Shown: piece after piece, positions 8,876-16,800 of the stretch
How the letters are laid out: each line of letters opens with the position of its first letter
How positions within the stretch are numbered: position 1 is the first letter of the stretch
Assembly (NCBI GenBank): GCA_013360495.1
Contig: JABWBM010000029.1
Span: 1-43,956, forward strand
Length of the DNA stretch: 43,956 nucleotides
Reading direction: 5' to 3'
Origin: Planctomycetaceae bacterium
GTDB taxonomy: Bacteria; Planctomycetota; UBA8742; UBA2392; JABWBM01
Program-made: the position numbers and the translations under genes
Notes under the pieces: model-generated
Databases searched by the model: none
Seen by the model: the letters and a program-made list of their open reading frames with translations, nothing else
What the model was told of the DNA's origin: nothing

Positions 8876-9638
8876 ACTGCGCGAAGGTGATGTCATCGAG
8901 GACGTGCTGCGGTCACGAATTGAGCGGCTGAAGCTGAAAGAGCCGTTCACGACCGCGCAGGTCGGATCAATCCTCAGTATCCGTCGAGAAAGAGTTAATA
9001 ATCTCCTATGGGGAAATCCTCCACGATTGCAAGCATCACGAGTCCCGACAGGGAGAAGCCAGTCTATCCGCTGCACAATTACGTTTCACGACTTGTTGAA
9101 GTACATGGAGGAAAACGATCCGCGTATTGCCATAAGAGAACGTCAGTATCGTGTCTCTGAAGCTATCGGTGAAGAACGTCTTGAAGCTGAGTATGCGCGA
9201 CTAATGAAACTTACCAATGACCTCGGCTTTCATGAACCACTCACCGTACAGGAAGTCGCCAAACTTTTCGGTAAATCTTTACCGCGTGTGTATGAGGCGG
9301 CGCGTTCCTATGGACCGACTCGTTTGCTCCCTTGGTTTGACCCTACACCCGCGATTTTTGGGAAGACGGTTTACAGATTCTGGTTACGGGGTGTCGCATT
9401 TTACGCTTGCATTGCCCATCTGGACGAACGCGAACGACACGAAGCCAGTCGAAGAAAGAAGTTTGATCTTGCATGGCATAAACAAGAGCTTTCAAAGAGA
9501 GCAGCCGAACTCAGCTTCAGGGAGCCATATACTGTGTCTGAGGCAGCTACCATTCTTCGCGTCAGTCATACCATGATGCACAGAGCGGTAAGCCTTGGCT
9601 TCGATTGCCATCTCCGCTCCCACTGCTTCGAAGCGTAG
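8865..9638 (+). CDS. Paralogous protein with three tandem excisionase/MerR-like HTH domains (last one possibly truncated)
   Basis: Repeats EPFTTAQVGSILSIRRERV, EPLTVQEVAKLFGKSLPRV, EPYTVSEAATILRVSHTMM; GGAGGG upstream of ATG 8865. Confidence 0.65.
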   Translation: MDIELREGDVIEDVLRSRIERLKLKEPFTTAQVGSILSIRRERVNNLLWGNPPRLQASRVPTGRSQSIRCTITFHDLLKYMEENDPRIAIRERQYRVSEAIGEERLEAEYARLMKLTNDLGFHEPLTVQEVAKLFGKSLPRVYEAARSYGPTRLLPWFDPTPAIFGKTVYRFWLRGVAFYACIAHLDERERHEASRRKKFDLAWHKQELSKRAAELSFREPYTVSEAATILRVSHTMMHRAVSLGFDCHLRSHCFEA

Positions 9639-9750
9639 TCGGCATCAATGCTGACGTTTCCGGCTCTCCGGGCGGCAAAGGCGCCACGGAACGCGCCCGC
9701 GGATTTTTGGGAATACATGGCACCTTCGAACGTTCTATAATTACAGAATC

Positions 9751-10251
9751 ATGCTCGGCTCCGTTGCCAGTCTCGTCGCCTCGCTCACGCTCATCGTGCT
9801 CCCGGTAAGCGCACCGTGCGTGTGCCACAGCTTCACGTTCTTCGGCGGCCTGCGGTGTAGCGCTGCGGGCGGCGGGAATTGCGAGGAACAAGCGAACGAA
9901 GTGGAACAGCAATGCTGCAGTCATTGCGGGAATGCCGCTCAATCGAATGCGGGCTCAGACCCGGTTCCCTTGAGTTCAGGCAACCCGTGTGAACATCAAG
10001 GACATGCCCCCAATCCTCATTGCCCCAATTCGAAGCACCCGGAAATTCACAGCCTCACGCTTCTCCAGCCCGCGCCAATGGCATTGATCGACGTAACACG
10101 AACAACCGGCAACGATACTGCACGATTCGTTTTGCTGGTCTTTTCCGCCTCATTCTCTTCTCCCGTGACAAACGCTTTGCGCCATGACAGCGCGCGCATC
10201 CTCGCCCCGCCACCATTGCGATTCATCGAGCCGGTCCGGCTGTTAATCTGA
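9751..10251 (+). CDS. Cys/His-rich exported small protein; putative metal-sensing leader ORF
   Basis: N-terminal hydrophobic segment, CVCH and CCSHC motifs, His-rich stretch CEHQGHAPNPHC, Pro-rich C-terminus RILAPPP...LLI. Confidence 0.65.
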   Translation: MLGSVASLVASLTLIVLPVSAPCVCHSFTFFGGLRCSAAGGGNCEEQANEVEQQCCSHCGNAAQSNAGSDPVPLSSGNPCEHQGHAPNPHCPNSKHPEIHSLTLLQPAPMALIDVTRTTGNDTARFVLLVFSASFSSPVTNALRHDSARILAPPPLRFIEPVRLLI

Positions 10252-10282
10252 GAGTCGGGTTTCTTTGGTCGCCGCTGCTGCA

Positions 10283-10358
10283 GTAGCGTCATGCCTATGG
10301 CATGACGTCTTTGAGCCTGCGGGGAAGAGAAGACGTCACGGCATAGCCGTGACGCTAC
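10283..10358. repeat. REPIN-like element, family B (GTAGCGTCA...TGACGCTAC)
   Basis: Two inverted GTAG-initiated REP units flanking a spacer; related copies at 11333, 12425, 13165 and 33411. Confidence 0.75.
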
Positions 10359-10362
10359 AAGA

Positions 10363-10389
10363 CTGGATTCCGGCTTACGCCGGAATGAC
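10363..10389. repeat. REP family A half-unit (CTGGATTCCGGC...GCCGGAATGAC)
   Basis: Reverse complement of the family A motif. Confidence 0.65.
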
Positions 10390-10416
10390 AAGTGGTATAT
10401 CAACAAGGATCAACCA

Positions 10417-11331
10417 ATGACTCATCGTCACTGAATCGTCCGGGGGGCGCTGCTCCTCATCGCCGTGGCGGGTCTCGCCGCGAATCTCTCCGCCCATGAA
10501 ACGCTCTTCGGGCGCGGGCCGCGCACCATGTGGAAGGGCGGCTTCGAACTGGAAATGGAGACCATGTTCGAGCAATCGAAGCGTTTCTACGAGGGCGACA
10601 ACACCGTCGCCAACCCTGACAACATGCGCATGTATGAAGCCACGTGGTCACCAGGGATAACCTACGGTGTGACGCGAGACTTCGCCGTCAAAGCGGAATT
10701 TCCCTTCATGTACGGCGTGATGACGGGCGAGTCCATGGGCCGCCACTCTCTCCTGAGCATCGGCAACTGGGAGGTGGGCGCCGCCTATCGCATCGATCCT
10801 TTGATCTTCGGTGGACCGCTGGTGTTCGAGGGAGGGAGCTGCCAGCTTCGTCTCTTTGGAAAGGCCGAACTGCCGACGGCTCCGGAACGGGAGAACGGCA
10901 TCAGCTTCGGCGAGGAGACCTTCACCTTCCTCGGTGGCGGCGCCATCGCCATTGGCACGGCGCGCCATTACTTCTGGGGCGAGGTGTCGGGCGACATCTC
11001 AACGGAAAAGGACGGCACGGGCATGGGTCCCGCGCTGCAGTCCCACGCCGCCTATGCCTGGCGCATCCAGGAGCTCAAGGACTACCGCGAGCTTGACATC
11101 ATCCTGCTCTTTGAACTGGACGTAGAGGCGCGCTCGAAGGGAACGATGAACGGCGATGACGACCCGGACAGCGGGCATTTCACCACGTACCTCGGGAGCG
11201 GTGTTCAGGTCAACTTCACCAACCTGATCTCGCTCAAGACCGGCTACAACGTTCCGCTCTACCGGCGCTACAACGGCGTGCAGTTGGCGGATGATGGCAC
11301 GTTCATGCTGATGTTCAGTTATTTGTTCTAG
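10417..11331 (+). CDS. Outer-membrane beta-barrel 'transporter' (MetA-pathway/PF13557-like), Met-rich, with an in-frame TGA at codon 6
   Basis: AAGGA RBS then ATG 10417: MTHRH-TGA-IVRGALLLIAVAGLAANLSA|HE... gives a signal peptide only if TGA 10432-10434 is read through. Body has GITYGVT, K.ELPT, DPDSG...YLGSGVQ, VPLYRRYNGVQL and a terminal Phe (YLF). ORF track starts at GTG 10465. Confidence 0.75.
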
Positions 11332-11332
11332 G

Positions 11333-11405
11333 CGTAGCGTCACGCGCCCTCGCGTGACGAACCAATCAAAAGATACAACGTCACGCGAGGGCGCGTGACG
11401 CTACG
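11333..11405. repeat. REPIN-like element, family B
   Basis: cgtagcgtcacgcgccctcgcgtgacg ... cgtcacgcgagggcgcgtgacgctacg is a perfect inverted pair. Confidence 0.8.
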
Positions 11406-11423
11406 AAGAAAGACGCGGTCACT

Positions 11424-11813
11424 ATGCAACGCTTTCAACATACGATTCTGATGGCCATGTTCATCGCCGGCTTCGCCGCGTGCATGAATATCTCCGTCGC
11501 GAACATCGATCCGCCCGCGGATCACAAACCCGTTACGAACGTGCCCACCGATCGAGACGCGATATACAAACTCAAAGTTAAGGGCGTGGACTGAGGCGAG
11601 TGAGCGACGGGCCTGATACAGGCTTTTGAATCCCTGGATGGGGTTCGCGAAGTTCGAACGGATATCACCGAGGCGATGGTCTATCTCCGCACGGAACCGG
11701 GAACGGTGCTTGTGTGGGAGGACGTCGCGACAGCCGCCGTGTCCTACGGTTATGGTCTCGCGGCGCTGGAGCTGGCCGACATCCCGTGGGAAAAGCTCTC
11801 GGGCGGCGAGTGA
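11424..11813 (+). CDS. Lipoprotein with heavy-metal-associated (HMA, CopZ/MerP-like) domain carrying a UxxU motif; candidate double-selenocysteine protein
   Basis: Manual translation: MQRFQHTILMAMFIAGFAAC (lipobox) MNISVANIDPPADHKPVTNVPTDRDAIYKLKVKGVD-TGA-GE-TGA-ATGLIQAFESLDGVREVRTDITEAMVYLRTEPGTVLVWEDVATAAVSYGYGLAALELADIPWEKLSGGE*. The TGAs at 11592 and 11601 (codons 57 and 60) occupy both Cys positions of the HMA G[M/V]xCxxC motif. Absent from the ORF track. Confidence 0.85.
11611..11652 (+). promoter_or_regulatory. Two tandem bacterial SECIS-like stem-loops
   Basis: GCCT-GATAC-AGGC (11611-11623; loop 20 nt after the first TGA) and GAATCCC-TGGAT-GGGGTTC (11628-11646, extendable to 11623-11652; loop 31 nt after the second TGA). 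Each has G at loop position 1 or 2. Confidence 0.6.
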
Positions 11814-11876
11814 CGGGGATGAGGACAAGCATCCGCCCTCTGGCATTGCGGGCCGGACGAGCTATCATTTCACCCC

Positions 11877-12233
11877 ATGACCGACCGGGTGCTCAACCTC
11901 GTGATCTTTGCCGGCGTACTCTGCGTCGTAGCAGGCGGAGCTGCTGCCGTCGGTTCGCTTTTCGGCCCGGCGCGCCGTGGCAAGACCAAAGAATCGCCCT
12001 ACGAGTGCGGTTCCCCAATCCTGAACGAAACGCGCAAGAAGTTCGACGTGCGTTTCTTCATGCTGGCGATGATCTTCATCCTCTTCGACATCGAAACCGT
12101 ACTCTTGATCCCCTACGCCGTTCAGTACGAACGCTTCGGCGTGGCCGGCCTCGTAATCGCCGGCATCTTCTTCCTCGGCCTCGTGGAATCGCTCATCTAT
12201 GCCTGGAAGAAGGGCGCGCTGGACTGGAAATAG
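11877..12233 (+). CDS. nuoA: NADH-quinone oxidoreductase subunit A (stand-alone)
   Basis: K.SPYECG, FDVRFFMLAMIFILFDIE, YAWKKGALDW. Confidence 0.92.
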   Translation: MTDRVLNLVIFAGVLCVVAGGAAAVGSLFGPARRGKTKESPYECGSPILNETRKKFDVRFFMLAMIFILFDIETVLLIPYAVQYERFGVAGLVIAGIFFLGLVESLIYAWKKGALDWK

Positions 12234-12375
12234 CGCCTGAAGCGCTTCTCAGGATTACCTTCGGATTTACGTTGCTCTCGCGCGTTTGGCAGGGGCGTCT
12301 TCACTTCATCAATCTGCTGCAAATCATCTCCGGAAACGCTCTCATACCGGTTCAATGAAAGAAATCGGTTCTTGC

Positions 12376-12423
12376 CGTCATTCCCGCAAAGGCGCAATGC
12401 GATACGATTAGCGGCAGGAATCT
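12376..12423. repeat. REP family A, degenerate
   Basis: cgtcattcccgc...gcaggaatct. Confidence 0.55.
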
Positions 12424-12424
12424 T

Positions 12425-12506
12425 GTAGCGTCACGCGCCCTCGCGTGACGGACTATGGAAAATGTAGCTTGTAGAGAAGACGCCATGCGAGGGCGCATGG
12501 CGCTAC
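12425..12506. repeat. REPIN-like element, family B
   Basis: gtagcgtcacgcgccctcgcgtgacg ... cgccatgcgagggcgcatggcgctac. Confidence 0.75.
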
Positions 12507-12583
12507 CTCCTTAATCGTATCGCATTGCCCGAAGCGCGTGGAAGCTCCAGCCCCGAAATCCTGCGGCCAGCGAGCGTCCATAG

Positions 12584-12961
12584 TCAACGGTGGCAGCTAT
12601 CCACTCGTTCATACACGATCGTGTAATAACCTTCATGGTGAATGGTTCTGTCGCGGTGTTCATACCGGCCCGGAACCCACTCGCGACGAATGCGCCGCAC
12701 TTCGACTCCGCATTCTCTGGTGATTGTGACGCGGTCTTCAAAGTGCCCCGGAATCCATACCTCTTCGCAAATCACTTCATCCCAGCACGGCACCCAAACC
12801 TTTTTCTCCACATAGCGCGTTTGATGACGGGATGAACTTCCGTGGTGATGGTGGGAACTCGATGTGAATCCCGCGCGCACGGAAACGCGCTGTCCGGCAA
12901 ATACCGGTGCCGCGCCGGCGCAAACGAAGAGGGCCACGATTGACAGGGTGCGCAGTTTCAT
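12584..12961 (-). CDS. Small secreted protein with VW[VI]PG-type repeats and His tract
   Basis: Signal peptide MKLRTLSIVALFVCAGAAPVFA; KKVWVP, EEVWIPGH, REWVPGRY; RBS GAAGGAG upstream. Confidence 0.75.
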   Translation of the reverse strand: MKLRTLSIVALFVCAGAAPVFAGQRVSVRAGFTSSSHHHHGSSSRHQTRYVEKKVWVPCWDEVICEEVWIPGHFEDRVTITRECGVEVRRIRREWVPGRYEHRDRTIHHEGYYTIVYERVDSCHR

Positions 12962-13164
12962 ACGGATTCTCCTTCTCTCTCCATGGTTGGTAAGCGTTCA
13001 CCGCATCGCTGCGGCGCTTACTACCATAACGCGGAACCCGGGCTTGCTCTCACGCATGACTGGATCTTCTCCGCCAGAGAACTGGCGGACGCGCCCGCGT
13101 CATTGCCGGTTCGTTGAGCCTAGATCGTTTCCAAGGTTGATTTGCAGAAGATTCACAGCGCGTA

Positions 13165-13245
13165 GCTCTTGTAGCGCCCTGCGCCCTCGCAGGGCGTCTT
13201 ATTACTGGTCGGTCCGCCCCGCGGGGCGCGGGGCGCTACAAGAGC
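13165..13245. repeat. REPIN-like element, family B variant
   Basis: gctcttgtagcgccctgcgccctcgcagggcg ... cgccccgcggggcgcggggcgctacaagagc. Confidence 0.7.
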
Positions 13246-13265
13246 AAATCAACCTTGGAAGCGGT

Positions 13266-14951
13266 CTAAGGGCTGGAGATACTTTGGGATGCGTCCTCTT
13301 GCGGGAGCTTGAGCGCGAAGGTCACGCCGCCGGGGCCGTCGTTCTCGATGAACAAATCGCCGCCGTGACGTTTGGCGACGCTGCGGCTGATCGCAAGGCC
13401 AAGGCCCATACCGCTTTCGCCTTTGGTGGTGAAAAATGGCTCGAAGATTTTCTCACGCGCCTCGGCGGGAATCCCCTCGCCCGTATCGTGTACGCGCGCC
13501 CATGCGTTCGCGCCGTCCGCGCACGTGGCGAGCATCAATACGCCGCCGCCGGGCATGGCCTCCGCGGCGTTCAAGACAAGGTTGATCAAGACTTCGCGGA
13601 TTTCCGACGCGCTTGCGACGATAAGCAGCGGTCGCGCGCAAAGCTCGAGACGCAGCTTGATCGCTCGTTCCTGCGGCCGTGCGTCCCATGTCGGGCGCGT
13701 CATCTCGATCGCGTCGCGGGCGAGATCGTTGAGGTCGACGGCCGCGCTCCCAACCCCGGCCCGCTCGCGCGCAAAGGTCTGGATGCGCCGCACGGTGGCG
13801 GCCGCCCCCTTGGCGGTGGTTTCGATCACTTTAAGCGCGTCGCGCACCTTTTCCTCGTTGCCCGCGTCGCGGTTGAGCACTTGCACGTAGCCGAGGATAG
13901 CGGTGAGCGCGTTGTTGATGTTGTGGGCGACGCCGGCGGCGAGCTGACCGACTGTGCGCATTTTTTCGGTTTCGCGGAGCGCCGCTTCCGCCGCGTGGCG
14001 GGCGGTGACGTCGCGGCTGTTGAGCACGAAGCCTTTGACGTTCGGATCGTCGAGATGATTGGCGCCGACCGATTCGAAATACACATAGGTGCCGTCTTTG
14101 CGGCGCACGCGATATTCGGCGTTGACGACGACGCCCGGTTTCTGAATCGCGCCGAAGAAGATGCCGAGCAGGCGCTGCACGTCCTCGGGATGCACGAGGT
14201 CAAAGGCAAGCCGCCCAACAATCTCGTTGTTGGCAAAGCCGAGGATCGCCGACACCGCCGGGCTGGCGAATCGGATGACGCCTTTGCCGTCGAGCACGCC
14301 GATCATGTCGGACGAATGCTGCACCAGCGCGCGGAATCGCGCTTCGCTCGATGCAAGCGCCTCATTCGTTTGCTTGCGCTTGATGACGTTGAAGAAAATT
14401 TCGCCCATCAGGCGCATCAACACGATCACATCCTCGGGCCATTCGTCACGGTCGTCGATGGACGCGAGGCCGACGACGGCATCCATCCGGCCCTGGTCGC
14501 GCACTGGAACAGCGACGAGTGAGCGCAGGCCGGCATGTTGCATCTCTTCCTGAGTTTGCAGCGCGTCGGGCGGGTACATCGACAGACGCGGGATATTGAC
14601 GAGGTTGTTGCGTTCGAGTTCCTCGAAAAACCAGGGGAAGCGGTCGAGCGACATATTCTGGTGGCGTTTCCGGTCGGTTACGTGACGCCCTGAAGCCCAG
14701 CCGTAGGTGCTCGAATACTTTTCGTGATCCTGGTTGATGGTCAGAAGGAATACGGCGTCGACTTCGGCGAATTCGCCGATGGCGCGCAATGCCTCGTTGA
14801 TGCCGTCATCGAGACGCGCGATATCTATGTTGATGAAGCGCGTCGCGATCGACGTGAGCAGGCGCTCGAACTCATAGCGCTTCTCGAGCGCTTCGGCGAA
14901 TCGTTTCGTTCCGGACGCGCCGGGCGGATTCTTTGCGCGATTGGGCGCCAT
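13266..14951 (-). CDS. Cytoplasmic GAF-PAS sensor histidine kinase
   Basis: GAF-like N-terminus; PAS (LVHPED, RRKDG, SRDVT); H-box [10 protein letters not shown]-box [30 protein letters not shown]. No receiver domain. Confidence 0.92.
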   Translation of the reverse strand: MAPNRAKNPPGASGTKRFAEALEKRYEFERLLTSIATRFINIDIARLDDGINEALRAIGEFAEVDAVFLLTINQDHEKYSSTYGWASGRHVTDRKRHQNMSLDRFPWFFEELERNNLVNIPRLSMYPPDALQTQEEMQHAGLRSLVAVPVRDQGRMDAVVGLASIDDRDEWPEDVIVLMRLMGEIFFNVIKRKQTNEALASSEARFRALVQHSSDMIGVLDGKGVIRFASPAVSAILGFANNEIVGRLAFDLVHPEDVQRLLGIFFGAIQKPGVVVNAEYRVRRKDGTYVYFESVGANHLDDPNVKGFVLNSRDVTARHAAEAALRETEKMRTVGQLAAGVAHNINNALTAILGYVQVLNRDAGNEEKVRDALKVIETTAKGAAATVRRIQTFARERAGVGSAAVDLNDLARDAIEMTRPTWDARPQERAIKLRLELCARPLLIVASASEIREVLINLVLNAAEAMPGGGVLMLATCADGANAWARVHDTGEGIPAEAREKIFEPFFTTKGESGMGLGLAISRSVAKRHGGDLFIENDGPGGVTFALKLPQEDASQSISSP

Positions 14952-15076
14952 TGTGCCTTACATCATACATAACGAAGGCGGCGGGTGTCCGCCAGGATCC
15001 CGCCGCCCTGTGGTATGTGTGTACGTCCCGTACCGCGTTGTCTGGTTCGTGCACACACCGATTCGTAGCCCGTCCG

Positions 15077-16417
15077 TCACTTCCCCACGAAAAGCAGGTG
15101 ATGACGTCCGTCCCCGGCCTCGATCGACCCTGCCAGTTCGGCGGGAAAACCGGGACCGTAAAAATTCAGATAGTGGATCAGGCTCATCGCGTCGCTCTGC
15201 GTCATGTTGCCCGGCGCGAGGTAGGCGCGCGCGCGTGTCAACTGGCTGAACGCGACCTCGCGTTCGCGCCGCTCGGTCTCGCGCGCGGAGTGTTTCAACC
15301 GGTCGAACTGTCCGTCGAGCTGGTTGGCGAGCTTGTCGAGTACGGCGGTTCCGCGCTGTTCGTAGCCCGCGAGGTCGAGATGATGCTCGAGCGCGAACAC
15401 GCGATTGAGCAGCTTCTCGCGCGCGTTGCCGATGCACCCGCCCGCGTCCGCGGGGAAAAGTCCGGTGGCGAGCTTTGCGACCTGCACGTCATCGCCGAGC
15501 AGCGTTTCCGGGTCGATGCCGTATTTCGCGAGCCAGCGCTCCACCTTGCCCTCGACAATGGTGGCAATGTTCGCCGGGAAGGGGATCACCTCGCCGGCGA
15601 ATGCGTCGGCGATCTGCGTATCGATCGGCGCGGTCTCGCCATACTCGGGGCGCACCAGGCATATCACCGGGATTTGCTCGAACAGTCGCGCGAGACGCGC
15701 GCGATAGCGCGCGCGCGGAGTCGCGGGCGTCGCCACCCTCGGCCCTGACGAAACCATGTCCTGCAACGAGCACACCACGCGCTCCCGCACGACGAGCGCG
15801 GTCAGCAGCCGCATTTTCCAGAGCATGGGAAATTCTATCCATGTGTCTTCGAGCGTGGCCTTCACCCATGGCGTAAAGCCGGTCTCCGGCAGCGCCTGGA
15901 GAATGCTCGCGATGGCTTCGTCCCTTTCGTCCATCGCGAAGCGTGTCGAATGGGCGTTGCCGTCGCGATCAATCACGAAGCGCGGCGTCACGTCCAGTTC
16001 CGCGGGAATTCCGGGCCAGAGCACGATGCCGCAGGGGCCGATGCTGCGAGCGTGGAGAATGTCCATGAGCTTTATCGCTGCGATCACGCGCAGTGTCTCA
16101 GCCATGCTCGGAATCGCTGAATCTTCGCTCAGTGGCACCGCGATGCCATACACCTGGCCGGCTCGCATCCCGTCAAGCATACGAAATGTTCCGCGAGGGG
16201 CAGAGCAGAGGCGCGAGACCTCGCGCAACATGGTATGGACCGAAGAAGTCATGCGGCGCTGACGTCGTGCAAGACGCTTGGAGGCAAGTTGAAAGTCTTG
16301 CAAACGCGCGCGCGGAGCGCTTCCCTTGCGGGAAGAGTCTTTGGCGCGGTTGAGTTTCCGGACTCGAAACATCGGTTTCTCCGGCTTCCATTGTTGCGCT
16401 GGCAGGGATGCTGGCAA
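15077..16417 (-). CDS. Degenerate BshC-like protein (bacillithiol cysteine-adding enzyme fold)
   Basis: C-terminal half parallels BshC: ATIVEGKVERWLAKYGI, coiled coil, YLAPGNMTQSD...IHYLNFYGP...HHLLFV. Also LPETGFT. Start uncertain (TTG 16417 or ATG 16372). Confidence 0.55.
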   Translation of the reverse strand: MPASLPAQQWKPEKPMFRVRKLNRAKDSSRKGSAPRARLQDFQLASKRLARRQRRMTSSVHTMLREVSRLCSAPRGTFRMLDGMRAGQVYGIAVPLSEDSAIPSMAETLRVIAAIKLMDILHARSIGPCGIVLWPGIPAELDVTPRFVIDRDGNAHSTRFAMDERDEAIASILQALPETGFTPWVKATLEDTWIEFPMLWKMRLLTALVVRERVVCSLQDMVSSGPRVATPATPRARYRARLARLFEQIPVICLVRPEYGETAPIDTQIADAFAGEVIPFPANIATIVEGKVERWLAKYGIDPETLLGDDVQVAKLATGLFPADAGGCIGNAREKLLNRVFALEHHLDLAGYEQRGTAVLDKLANQLDGQFDRLKHSARETERREREVAFSQLTRARAYLAPGNMTQSDAMSLIHYLNFYGPGFPAELAGSIEAGDGRHHLLFVGK

Positions 16418-16800
16418 GAGCCAAACGCCAGGACATGGGCTTCCCCTTCCTTAAGTGTTGATTTTAAGGGAATTTGGGTCGGTAAAAAATTTCCACGTGT
16501 CATTTGTGCGATTTCTTGAAAGCGTGTGGAAATGTTTTGTGGAAATCGTCGTAACGTGTTTCTATCAAACTAGTTATAACTCATTCGTGACACATCCGTC
16601 CGGATCATAACCAAGACGATTCGTCGCCTATCCTGCGAATTTGTCTCAAGCCCGAACTGCCATCGCGCCGATGACCCCGGCGGGGCGTACCGGCCCTGTT
16701 CACCGCATGAGCCGCACGAAAATGTTTGCTGCTATCGGAACATGAACAACGCACGGCACGCCGAAACACCGAACAACGAAGACAATGGAGTAGAAACGAT

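Noticed and set aside
11811-11879. Read-through of the HMA gene's final TGA into in-frame nuoA
   Set aside because: It would need two further TGAs to be decoded in a non-conserved spacer with no Cys-like context; nuoA is complete by itself. The shared frame is likely chance.
11340-11880. ORF-track calls 11340-11846 (-), 11626-11880 (+) and 11665-11868 (-)
   Set aside because: No recognisable motifs; they are shadows of the TGA-containing HMA gene.
10283-13245. Repeated palindromes as a CRISPR array
   Set aside because: Copies are dispersed and inverted, not direct repeats with regular spacers; no cas genes are present.
12864-14522. 552-aa plus-strand ORF
   Set aside because: Antisense shadow of the histidine kinase, a common artefact in high-GC DNA.
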